IMG/VR virus record: IMGVR_UViG_3300013137_002966
Coordinates: 1 to 64,000 of that record
Reading direction: 5' to 3' (one strand)
Source of the DNA: a virus
Length of the DNA: 64,000 bases
The notes under the pieces are model-generated. The model did no database searches. It saw nothing but the letters and a program-made list of their open reading frames with translations, and had not been told where the DNA came from. Positions 48,870 to 58,233 of this stretch are shown one piece after another; positions within the stretch are counted from its first letter, which is position 1, and each line of letters opens with the position of its first letter. Both the position numbers and the translations under genes were made by a program.

Positions 48870-49563
48870 TGACTTGATTTGGTTATCTGTTCCAAGATGT
48901 GCTAGCTACTCTATTGAATCAGCTTTATTTTCATCAGATTTAGATATAAAATACGCTGGTAATCATGATAAATTATTAGAGATAGAGTCTAAGGATAGTA
49001 GATATTCTGCACATTTACATTCCACAATAGAATATCTTTATAAATATTTTGGATATAAAGAAACTATCTGTATTTCAAGAGATTGGTTAAAAAGATTACT
49101 TAGTGCATTTCAGTATATGTTTACATGTGTTGCTAAAGATGGTTTTACATCAATCGTTAATTTTGAAGATTTGAGTAATGATTTTATTTATCAGAATTTT
49201 GATATTGATTTTTCGAATAAATTATATTCAGATGATATCGATGATAAAATTTATTGTTATTCAAAATTTGTAAAAGAAGATATTGAAGAAATAAAAAAAA
49301 AATCTGTTAAATATATTTCTGTAAAAGCACTTTCTTCACAAAATTATTATAAATCTAATCAAAAATGCACTTATGAATTTGATATAACAGAATTAGACAA
49401 ATTTGAAGAATTTATAAGAAATAGATATAATGTTGATTTTAATCTAAAAAAACTAAATGAATCTAAAAAAATAAATAGTAAAATTGTTATTGATGATGAA
49501 CTGAAGAACTGGCTTTGGAAAGTTTTCGAATATCCATTTCAAAGAAAAATTACACTTATCTAA
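48853..49563 (+). CDS. Putative carbohydrate sulfotransferase (Sulfotransfer_2-like)
   Basis: 5'-PSB-like VPRCASYSI; 3'-PB-like RD..KRLLSAF; overlaps cysC. Confidence 0.6.
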   Translation: MILINNDLIWLSVPRCASYSIESALFSSDLDIKYAGNHDKLLEIESKDSRYSAHLHSTIEYLYKYFGYKETICISRDWLKRLLSAFQYMFTCVAKDGFTSIVNFEDLSNDFIYQNFDIDFSNKLYSDDIDDKIYCYSKFVKEDIEEIKKKSVKYISVKALSSQNYYKSNQKCTYEFDITELDKFEEFIRNRYNVDFNLKKLNESKKINSKIVIDDELKNWLWKVFEYPFQRKITLI

Positions 49564-49564
49564 T

Positions 49565-49588
49565 GAACTTAAAGCCGTTAATATATAA
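49565..49588 (+). promoter_or_regulatory. Promoter-like motif AAC-N15-TATAA
   Basis: GAAC-N15-TATAA upstream of the stub at 49621. Confidence 0.5.
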
Positions 49589-49620
49589 AAATTATTGAAA
49601 ATAAAATTATAAAGTAAAAT

Positions 49621-49653
49621 ATGAAAATATTATTGATTGTTCCACAACTTTGA
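49621..49653 (+). pseudogene. Stub copy of the 5' end of the 50521 glycosyltransferase
   Basis: MKILLIVPQL* vs MKILLICPHL (8/10 identical). Confidence 0.65.
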
Positions 49654-49733
49654 ATCTTTTTGAATTATTGATTAAAAAATTAAAATAAGAATATATTAAC
49701 AAATCTAACTACGGGTGTATATGTTTTTTATAT

Positions 49734-50501
49734 ATGCAAATAAAAAACATTATGGTAATTTATAAAATCACAAATCTTATTAATAATAAATTTTATATTG
49801 GACAGGATATTAAAAATGATGATAAATATTTTGGTTCTGGAAAGCTTATTATATCAGCAATAAAAAAATATGGTAAAGAAAATTTTAAAAAAGAAATATT
49901 AGAATATTGTACCGATGAAAATCAAATGGATGAAAGAGAAATTTTTTGGATTAAAGAACTTAATGCTACAAATAGAAAAATTGCATATAATATTTGTGAA
50001 GGTGGTAAAACATATAGAATAATGAGGGGTGAAAATCATCCTTGGTTTGGTAAACATCATACAGAAGAATCAAAAAAAATAATAAAGGAAAAACGAAAAT
50101 CACAAAAGATGTCAGATGAACAAAAAGATGTTCTTAGGAAGAAATGGAAAGGTGATGAAAATCCTGGTAAAAATAAATCAAAAGAAACAATAAAAAAACT
50201 TAAAGATGCTGCAAAAAAATTAAATAGAAACGGTGAAAATCATCCATATTATGGAAAAAAACATTCAGAAGAAACTAAAAAACATTGGAGTGAAATAAGA
50301 AAAGGTAAAAATACTGGTATAAATAATGCAATATCTATGAGATATTTTATAGAAGACCCCAAAGGTGAAATATTAAATATTGAAACAAAGAAAAATGTTA
50401 AAGAATATTTAGGATGTAGTGATAATTTTTTTAATTCTAAAAAATATAAAAAATATAAACTTATTGGTAAAGAAAAAATACATGAAAATAAAGAAAAATA
50501 A
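49734..50501 (+). mobile_element. Free-standing GIY-YIG homing endonuclease with NUMOD3 repeats
   Basis: VIYKITN..N.KFYIGQ; YFGSG; ERE.FWI; two ENHP.(F/Y)GK.H.EE.K repeats. Confidence 0.85.
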
Positions 50502-50520
50502 AGAAGAATAAAGAAAATAA

Positions 50521-52983
50521 ATGAAAATTTTACTAATTTGTCCTCATTTATCAACTGGAGGGCAACCTTCTGTTGCACTAAAAAGAATAGAATCTTTAAT
50601 AAAAGATAATGATGTATATTTGATAGAATACAGACAAATCGCTTGGAGCTTTGTTGTTCAAAGAAATAAAATAATAAAATTATTAGGTGATAAATTTATT
50701 TCACTTGGAAATGTTTGGGGTGATAATGAAGAAATTAGAGATAAATTTATAGAAATTGTTGAAAAGATTAATCCAGATATAATACATATGGAAGAAATTC
50801 CTGAAAAATTTATATTTGGAATGCGAGAAGAGCATATTCAATGGTTATATAGAGATGCTAGAAAATATAAAATAGTTGAAACTACACATACTTCAACTTT
50901 TAATGTTAATGATAAAAAATATTTTCCAGATAAATTTATCTTTGTATCACCTTATTCTGCTCAGGAATATAGTAAATTTGGAATACCCTATTCTGTAGTT
51001 GAATATCCTACTGAAAAATTAGAAAAAAACAAAAGTCAATCTATCAAGCATCTTAATCTGGATCCTGAATACTTTCATGTTTTAAATGTCGGATTATTTA
51101 CAAGAGATAAAAATCAAGGGTATCTTTTTGATATTGCAAAAAAATTATACGATTATAAGATACATTTTCATTTTGTTGGAAATCAGGCTGATAATTTTTC
51201 TGATTATTGGAAACCAATAATGGAAAAAAAACTGGATAACTGTTTTATTTATGGTGAACGTGAGGATGTAGAATTATTCTATCAGGCATCTGATTTATTA
51301 GTTCATCCTTCAATTTTAGAACTTAATCCACTAGCAATAAAAGAAGCAACTTCATATGATTTACCGGTTTATTTAAACAATTTACCAACATATATCAACA
51401 TGTATGATTCATATAAAAATGTTAAATATTTGAGTATGGATGTTGATAATGATGCTCAAATGATTCTTGATCATTTTAATATAAAAAGAAAGGATGATAA
51501 TAAGACTTTTGGTAGTTTATTAATAGATGAATATAAAAATGTATTAGGTGATACTAATAGATATGAACCTGAATATTTGGAGTATAATATAAATTTCACA
51601 GATGGTGCTAGAATAGAGGTTTTAGGTACAACTAAATTAAAATTTGGTGTTGAGATATTGGATAAAAATACTAATGATTTAATATACAAAACTGAGTTAG
51701 CTGCAAATACTTGGTGTGCAACTAACGCAAAATATTATAAAGAATATAAAATCAATATTAAACATGAAAATACACTGTTATTAACACATAATTTCGATCT
51801 TAGAGATAAAGATGTCTTAATTCAATTAGATAGTAAATCAATTGGTGATACTTTAGCTTGGACACCTTATGCAGAGGAGTTCAGGAAAAAACATAATTGT
51901 AAAGTTTATCTTTCTACATTCCGAAATGATTTTTTTAGAGATCAATATAAAGATATTACATTTGTAGAACCTGGCTATAATAATCCAGATATTTATGCTA
52001 AATATACCATTGGTTGGTATCAACCGATGGATATAAATAAAAATCCTTATGATTATAAAAAGCAACCAATGCAAAAAACTGCGAGTGATATATTGGGATT
52101 GGAATACAAAGAAATTAGACCTCAATTAAGAATTCCAGAAGGCGTAAGACCATTAAAAGAAAAATATGTTTGTATAGCACAATTTTCAACCGCAAATACT
52201 AAACATTGGCATTATCCTTGCAAAGATAGTAATAAGGGATGGCAAATATTAGTTGATTGGTTAAATGCTCAAGGATATAAAGTGATGATTATAAGTAAAC
52301 AGAAAACTAATTTACAAAATGTTATTGATAAAACTGGTGACTTTCCAATCGAACATAGAATTAATGAAATTAAACACAGCGAATTTTTTATAGGTGTTGG
52401 TTCTGGCTTAAGTTGGCTCGCTTGGGCAATAGGTAAAAAGGTGGTTATGATTTCTGGTTTCTCAAATCCTATTTGCGAATTTCAAAATGATAATATCAAT
52501 GTACACAATTTTAATGTATGTAATGGTTGCTTCAATAAATATGCATTCGATAGAGGTGATTGGAATTGGTGTCCAGAACATAAGGATACAGAAAGACAAT
52601 TTGAATGCTCTATCAATATAACACCAGAAATGGTGGTAAATAGAATTTTAAGTTCAAAATTAGTTGAGAATAAAATTCTATTTGATTTTAACAAATATAA
52701 CATATCAATTAAATTAAATGGTGATGATATTAAAGTTTATTATAACAAAGAAGAAAACAAAATTTTGTTAAACTATAGTAATGAACAAGATACACCAGCA
52801 ATTAACGTTGATATTAAAAATCCAGACTCAAATAAAATATATCATACATTAGCAGATTTTAAACTAAGTAAACAATATACATTATGGTGCATACCAAAAA
52901 CTGAACTCCATAAAGAAACAGATAAAATATTATTATCTTTTTACGAAAAAGATAAGATTTTGGATATGGAATTTGAATTATAA
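50521..52983 (+). CDS. GT4-like domain fused to autotransporter-type protein O-heptosyltransferase (TibC/Aah family)
   Basis: N: HLSTGG, KNQ, PS..E..PL..KEA; C: SIGDTLAW, FIGVGSGLSWLAW, ISGFS, CNGC..WNWCP.H....QFEC. Confidence 0.8.
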   Translation: MKILLICPHLSTGGQPSVALKRIESLIKDNDVYLIEYRQIAWSFVVQRNKIIKLLGDKFISLGNVWGDNEEIRDKFIEIVEKINPDIIHMEEIPEKFIFGMREEHIQWLYRDARKYKIVETTHTSTFNVNDKKYFPDKFIFVSPYSAQEYSKFGIPYSVVEYPTEKLEKNKSQSIKHLNLDPEYFHVLNVGLFTRDKNQGYLFDIAKKLYDYKIHFHFVGNQADNFSDYWKPIMEKKLDNCFIYGEREDVELFYQASDLLVHPSILELNPLAIKEATSYDLPVYLNNLPTYINMYDSYKNVKYLSMDVDNDAQMILDHFNIKRKDDNKTFGSLLIDEYKNVLGDTNRYEPEYLEYNINFTDGARIEVLGTTKLKFGVEILDKNTNDLIYKTELAANTWCATNAKYYKEYKINIKHENTLLLTHNFDLRDKDVLIQLDSKSIGDTLAWTPYAEEFRKKHNCKVYLSTFRNDFFRDQYKDITFVEPGYNNPDIYAKYTIGWYQPMDINKNPYDYKKQPMQKTASDILGLEYKEIRPQLRIPEGVRPLKEKYVCIAQFSTANTKHWHYPCKDSNKGWQILVDWLNAQGYKVMIISKQKTNLQNVIDKTGDFPIEHRINEIKHSEFFIGVGSGLSWLAWAIGKKVVMISGFSNPICEFQNDNINVHNFNVCNGCFNKYAFDRGDWNWCPEHKDTERQFECSINITPEMVVNRILSSKLVENKILFDFNKYNISIKLNGDDIKVYYNKEENKILLNYSNEQDTPAINVDIKNPDSNKIYHTLADFKLSKQYTLWCIPKTELHKETDKILLSFYEKDKILDMEFEL

Positions 52984-53019
52984 AATTTTATATATAATGG
53001 AAGAAAAAAACCATTGTAT

Positions 53020-55464
53020 ATGAGCTATATTAAAATTCAAAAGATAAAAAAAGAACAAGTTAAAAATCTAATTGAATTACCAGAGAAAGGTTATGTTTAT
53101 TTAGGTTATGACGATACCACCGTAGGTGGAGATGGTCAAGGTCTCTGGATAATTGATGATGATGGTACAGTATTTTATGTATTAAGTGGAACTGGTTCAG
53201 CACCAACTATTACCAGCATATCTCCTGCTGGAAGTTCCTTCGTAGGTGATACAATAACAATTAACGGTACCAATTTTATTAACGGCTCTACCATAGTAAC
53301 ATTTGGTAGTGCATCTGGTACAACAGTAAATGTTTTATCAACAGGTCAATTAACTGTTGTAGTACCTAATAATTTAGGATCAGTTTCAGTTGTTGTAACT
53401 ACATCATATGGTGTAAGTAACTCTTCTAGCTATACAATTAATTATAGAGATATAAAACCTGTTATAGTTCCACCAATAATACCTGCAAGTGCATCTATTG
53501 GTTCTACTATAACCATAGGTGGATACAACTTTGTACCAGGCAGTACTATCACATGGTTTAATGCTACTACTGGTGAAACAAGTGCAACAAGTTCAACAGT
53601 TTTATCAGCAGTGGTACCATCTATGGCAACTGGATACACCATAGTATATTTAGAAACACCTTATGGTAAAAGCTCACCACCAATTGAGTATCTTGTTTCA
53701 GATAATAATCCTACATTTACTGGATTTTTTCCAACTTATGGATATATTGGTGATACAATTGCTATATCAGGAACTAACTTTAGGCAAGGACAAATACAGG
53801 TTCGATTTGGTAGTACACCAGCAACTGATATTACAGTAGTTACACCAGCATATATAACAGCAAAAATTGCAACTGGTACTCCACTCGGCGATACAAATAT
53901 TAGAGTTCAAAATTTATCATTGTCTGGATTTACAATTTCAGGTTCAACTGCTGGCTTACTTCCAGCTGTTTATTCAATTTTATCAACGGGTGCCACTATT
54001 GGTCAAACAGTTACGGTAACTGGTACTAATTTTAATGGAACAGTTTCTATTTCATTTAGTAATGAAGTGGCTACTATACTTTCACAAGAATCAGCAACTC
54101 TTTCTGTATATTTAAGTAGTAATTTAGTACCTGGTGTTAATTCTGTGGTGGTTAATAATCAATATGGTTCATCTACACCTTTTGATTATACTATCTCTCA
54201 AACAGGCTCAGGGCCAATAATAACAAGTTTTAATCCTACTTCGGCATATAGAGGAAGACCTGTAAACTTAAACGGAAGTAATTTTAAAGTTGGAAGTGGA
54301 AATCTTGTTTATTATGGTAATGTTGCAGCTCTTGTTAGTGCTGATGCAACAACAATTCTTGTAAAAACTCAAATTGCAGCATCTTCACCAACAGGAACAG
54401 TAGATGTTAAAATTATTAACACTTCTGGTAGTTATACTAAATCAGGATTTGTGATTACTCCATCTGGATCAACACCCACTATAACATCAGTTTCGCCTGT
54501 TTATGGTAAAGCAGGAGACACTGTTCATGTTTATGGTACAGTATTAAGTGGTAGTACAATTACATTTGGTACATCATATTCTGGCTCAGGTACAACAACT
54601 ACTACAATAAGTGATACACATTTAGTAACAACTATACCTTCAGGACTTGTAAATGCAGGTCAAAATAAACTTGTAAACGTGTATGCAACTGGTACTAATG
54701 GTACATATACTTATACACCTTTCGAAATTTATTCTGCACCAACATCATATCCTAGCATTCTATCTTTTACACCAATATCAGGACCACAAGGTACATTAGT
54801 AACTATGAGTGGAACCTCATTTGCAAAGTATTTTACTGATGCCAGTATCTATATTGCAGGTTCATATTATTTATTAGATTCACAAAGTTATATTTCAGAT
54901 ACTGAAATAAGAGGTTATATACCAGATACATACGGTAATTATGGTGTAGCAACAATTAAAATTGAAACTCCTGTTGGTACCGATCAACAAGCAATATTTA
55001 CTATCACTGCACCTATAACTAGCACAACTACAACTACGACAGTTGCAGGTACAACAACCACTACAACTGCAGCAGGTACAACAACTACTACCACAACCGC
55101 AGCAGGTGGTACAACAACTACTACCACAACCGCAGCAGGTGGTACAACAACAACGACAACAGCAGAACCTGGAACTACAACTACCACTACCGCACCAATA
55201 ACAACAACTACAACCACAGCTGCATATTTGTATGAAGTTGAGGTTTATACTTGTCCAGCTTGTGGCGCACCAGCTGTTTATGAAATGACAGCAATATATG
55301 GAAGCTATTCTTCTGATGACTACTATTATGTTTCAGATTCTGAAAGTCCATTATTTGGTAAGGTAATTAGAATGCTTGGCTTTGGTGGTGCTGGTGGTGA
55401 TGGTCCTATTCCTGAGCCATTAATCACACCATCTGCTGATTGCGCAACTGCTTGTATAGTATAA
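53020..55464 (+). CDS. IPT/TIG-repeat virion protein with Thr-rich mucin-like stalk
   Basis: About seven P.I....P.....G..(I/V).I.G.NF repeats; TTTTTTAAG tract; Cys-containing C-terminal tip. Confidence 0.8.
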   Translation: MSYIKIQKIKKEQVKNLIELPEKGYVYLGYDDTTVGGDGQGLWIIDDDGTVFYVLSGTGSAPTITSISPAGSSFVGDTITINGTNFINGSTIVTFGSASGTTVNVLSTGQLTVVVPNNLGSVSVVVTTSYGVSNSSSYTINYRDIKPVIVPPIIPASASIGSTITIGGYNFVPGSTITWFNATTGETSATSSTVLSAVVPSMATGYTIVYLETPYGKSSPPIEYLVSDNNPTFTGFFPTYGYIGDTIAISGTNFRQGQIQVRFGSTPATDITVVTPAYITAKIATGTPLGDTNIRVQNLSLSGFTISGSTAGLLPAVYSILSTGATIGQTVTVTGTNFNGTVSISFSNEVATILSQESATLSVYLSSNLVPGVNSVVVNNQYGSSTPFDYTISQTGSGPIITSFNPTSAYRGRPVNLNGSNFKVGSGNLVYYGNVAALVSADATTILVKTQIAASSPTGTVDVKIINTSGSYTKSGFVITPSGSTPTITSVSPVYGKAGDTVHVYGTVLSGSTITFGTSYSGSGTTTTTISDTHLVTTIPSGLVNAGQNKLVNVYATGTNGTYTYTPFEIYSAPTSYPSILSFTPISGPQGTLVTMSGTSFAKYFTDASIYIAGSYYLLDSQSYISDTEIRGYIPDTYGNYGVATIKIETPVGTDQQAIFTITAPITSTTTTTTVAGTTTTTTAAGTTTTTTTAAGGTTTTTTTAAGGTTTTTTAEPGTTTTTTAPITTTTTTAAYLYEVEVYTCPACGAPAVYEMTAIYGSYSSDDYYYVSDSESPLFGKVIRMLGFGGAGGDGPIPEPLITPSADCATACIV
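55010..55222 (+). repeat. Poly-Thr coding repeat (T6-7 AAG/AEPG units)
   Basis: Visible aca/act/acc runs, including a duplicated 30-nt unit. Confidence 0.9.
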
Positions 55465-55483
55465 ATTTATAATAAAATTTAAT

Positions 55484-55528
55484 AAATAATGTTTTATTAA
55501 TCTAATTAGTAAAACATTATTTTTTTTT
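55484..55528 (+). terminator. Putative intrinsic terminator
   Basis: AT-rich inverted repeat aaataatgttttattaa/ttagtaaaacattattt followed by a T run. Confidence 0.5.
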
Positions 55529-55538
55529 ATTTATATAA
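55512..55538 (+). promoter_or_regulatory. Promoter-like motif AAC-N18-TATAA
   Basis: AAAC-N18-TATAA upstream of ATG 55560. Confidence 0.6.
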
Positions 55539-55559
55539 ACAATAAAAATATATCTAAAA

Positions 55560-56510
55560 ATGAAGATAGTGTGTGCAACTTTTGATCACAATTATTATTT
55601 GTGGCAGTGTTTAGTATTAATTAATAATTTGATGAAATATGGTTATGATGAAGATGCAGTATTTATAATATCAACACAGGATCCAAGTCCAGCATTAAAA
55701 GCAATAATTAATAGTCCTCAAATTAAATGTAAATTTTATTTATATAAAGATGAACGTAGAGGAATGAAATATCCAAGTTCATTGCGGTTACATCTTTTGA
55801 AAAAATTTTATATTGAACATCCAGAATATTCTAAGGAAACTATTTTTTTAGTGGATCCTGATATCGCATTTACTAAAAAATTAGATTTCTCTGAGATGTT
55901 AGAAGATGATTTTTGGCATGTAAGCGATACCAGACTATACATAAGTAGCCAATATATTAAAAGTAAAGGTGGTGATCAACTTTTTAATGAAATGTGTGAT
56001 ATTGTATGTGTTTCGCCAAAAGATATAGAATCGATTGATGATAACGCTGGTGGTGCACAATATTTATTAAAAAATATTGATGTTAATTTTTGGCATAAAG
56101 TTTTATATGATGCTGAAAATCTTTATAATCATATGATATCTACCCTATCCATTTATAATAAAAATGGAGCTATTCAGCCTTGGACTGCCGACATGTGGTC
56201 TATTTTATGGAACGGTGTTTACTTCAATCATAAACTAAAAATTAATAAGGATCTAGATTTTTGTTGGGCCGTTGATGATATTAAAAGATGGAAAGAAACT
56301 TATATTTTTCATAATGCAGGTATTTCCGGTCCAAGTGATACACACTTTAGTAAAATTACGTATCAAATTTCACCCTTCAATCAGGAAATAAAAGTAAATT
56401 CAAATAATTGTACATATATGTATGTACAAGAAATTAAAGAAACAGAGAATAATTTTAAGGATATAATTCCAATTTTTGAAGATTTAAGAAATAATACTAT
56501 ACCTCGTTAA
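55560..56510 (+). CDS. Putative peptide O-glycosyltransferase (HPAT/SGT1, GT95/GT96-like)
   Basis: YYLWQ, YPSSLR, FLVDPDIAF (DxD), WTADMWS, IFH motifs in the order seen in plant HPAT/SGT1. Confidence 0.55.
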   Translation: MKIVCATFDHNYYLWQCLVLINNLMKYGYDEDAVFIISTQDPSPALKAIINSPQIKCKFYLYKDERRGMKYPSSLRLHLLKKFYIEHPEYSKETIFLVDPDIAFTKKLDFSEMLEDDFWHVSDTRLYISSQYIKSKGGDQLFNEMCDIVCVSPKDIESIDDNAGGAQYLLKNIDVNFWHKVLYDAENLYNHMISTLSIYNKNGAIQPWTADMWSILWNGVYFNHKLKINKDLDFCWAVDDIKRWKETYIFHNAGISGPSDTHFSKITYQISPFNQEIKVNSNNCTYMYVQEIKETENNFKDIIPIFEDLRNNTIPR

Positions 56511-56515
56511 TCATA

Positions 56516-56896
56516 TTATTTATATAATAATTGAATTAATTCTTCTGTTAAAAAGGTAATCATTTTTTTACCTGGTATAACCTCAACATCAGGTATATTT
56601 TTTATAATAGAAAATTTATCGTTACCTTCTATATTTAGATTTTGAATATATTCAAATAACTTTTTATCTTTTTTATGATATTCTTTAAGTTGTTCGACAA
56701 ATATTTTTAAATTAACACCCATTTTATTATTATATTTGATGCATTGTAATTCATTTTCATCTTTCTCTATAAGAATATACCATAACTTCTTCTTATCAAC
56801 TTTAACATTTTCTAAGAAGTTATAAGCATTTCTAGCCTTTGTATTTCTTGGCATCTTAACTACTTTACCATAAAAACTCACTTTTTCGTTAGTCAT
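56516..56896 (-). CDS. Hypothetical protein
   Basis: 126-aa ORF with promoter motif upstream. Confidence 0.65.
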   Translation of the reverse strand: MTNEKVSFYGKVVKMPRNTKARNAYNFLENVKVDKKKLWYILIEKDENELQCIKYNNKMGVNLKIFVEQLKEYHKKDKKLFEYIQNLNIEGNDKFSIIKNIPDVEVIPGKKMITFLTEELIQLLYK

Positions 56897-56914
56897 TATA
56901 AATATTAATTTTAA

Positions 56915-56938
56915 TTATATATTAACAACTAAAGGTTT
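56915..56938 (-). promoter_or_regulatory. Promoter-like motif AAC-N15-TATAA
   Basis: AAAC-N15-TATAA upstream of ATG 56896. Confidence 0.5.
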
Positions 56939-58233
56939 CTTTTTTCTAAAAATGATTGAAGTTTATTTAAGATATTTTCATTATATTTTATTCTAATTAA
57001 TGTGATATTATTATTAGCACAAAACTCTGTCTTAATTTTATCATGCGATTTTATTATTTCTAATGTTTTTTCTCCTCCGAAATACTCTATCGGTTTAAAA
57101 TGCTGTAAGCCATCATATTCAATACAAATGTTTAATTCTGGTAAAAAGAAATCAAATGGTAAATATCTTTCATTTTTACAATTTTCAAATATGTGCTGAG
57201 TACTAAAATTAATGTTATTTCTTTCTAAAAATAATCTTATTTCTTTTTCGCCTTTTGATGAATTACAGTCTAAGCATCCAACACCTCTAATATGAGCACC
57301 TGCATTTTGTTCAAATTCACCATGTATAGGGCAAATAATTTTAACTTTTTTACTGCTATGTGTGTATTCTACTAAACTATAATCATAAAAGTTACCGTGT
57401 TTTAGTTTTGACAATTCTATAAATTGTTCTGTGGAATATGTTCTTTTTTCATTATAACATTTTGGGCATTTGAACCCTTGTAAATGTGAATTTGCTTTTT
57501 GCTCAAATATACCATGTTTTTCACAAATTATCTTTATTTTAGATTGACTATTTTTATAATCTGTTAAAGAATAATCATATAAATTATTGTGAATTATATT
57601 TGCTTTTTTAATAAATTCCTCCGTTGAATATTGATATTGTCCTGAGCATTTGATGCATCCTTCACCTCTTAAATGATTTGTTGGCCTTTGTTCAAAAATA
57701 CCATGTTCCGGACAAATTATTTTTATTTTTTCTAGTGCTGTTTTATAATTAATTTTTGAATAATCATATTTATTATTATGAATTAAATTTGCTTTTTTTA
57801 TAAATTCTTCTGTTGTATATAGAACATTATTTGCACATTTTGGACAACCTGATTTAGAATTAAGATGTCTATCTGGTCTTGTTTCAAATATTCCATGTTC
57901 TTTACAAATTACTTTTATATTAGTTTTATTATTTTTGTAATTTACTAAACTATAATCATAAATATTATTATGAATTTTGTTAGCTTTTTCTATAAATTCT
58001 GATAGTGTAGATCTTTTAACACCTGCACATATTGGACAACCTTGACCTCTTAAATGATTGGCTGGTTCTTGTTCAAAAATGCCATGTTCTTTACAAATTA
58101 TTTTAATCTTTTTTCTGGATTCCTCATATATAACCAGGGCTATTGGTGGTTACCTGCCCCTGGAGAAGGTGTACTCATATTTATTGTCATGTTTAATAAT
58201 TGCCTTCTCGATGAATTTTTCTTGATTTGTCAT
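56929..58233 (-). mobile_element. Homing-endonuclease-like gene: five DUF723-like Zn repeats plus a Vsr/PD-(D/E)xK nuclease, with an in-frame TAA inside a 30-nt insert
   Basis: Manual translation from ATG 58233 stays in one frame to 56929 with a single TAA at 58152-58150. Repeats FI.KA..IH...YDYS...Y.....IKIIC..HG.FEQ....HL.G..C..C; C-terminal LPFDFFLP..NICIEYDG.QH. Confidence 0.8.

Noticed and set aside
49654-49733. Group I intron carrying the GIY-YIG gene
   Set aside because: Flanks are too short and AT-rich for a catalytic core, and the downstream gene has its own complete start
15997-56510. Bacterial O-antigen/capsule locus or eukaryotic giant-virus origin
   Set aside because: No export or polymerase membrane proteins. 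Overlapping operonic genes, intrinsic terminators, phage fibre genes and a T4-like split polB favour a tailed jumbo phage, though no capsid or terminase gene is in the window
56929-57414. 161-aa ORF as the complete gene
   Set aside because: The same frame is open upstream to 58149 with more Zn repeats, and has an ATG at 58233
58150-58152. Genome-wide stop-codon reassignment explaining the in-frame stop
   Set aside because: The stop is TAA, and TAA, TAG and TGA all terminate LamG paralogs at the same conserved C-terminus (2612, 5303, 1803)
58110-58215. Known self-cleaving ribozyme (hammerhead, HDV/theta, twister)
   Set aside because: Could not fit the conserved cores by eye on either strand; an Infernal/Rfam search would settle it
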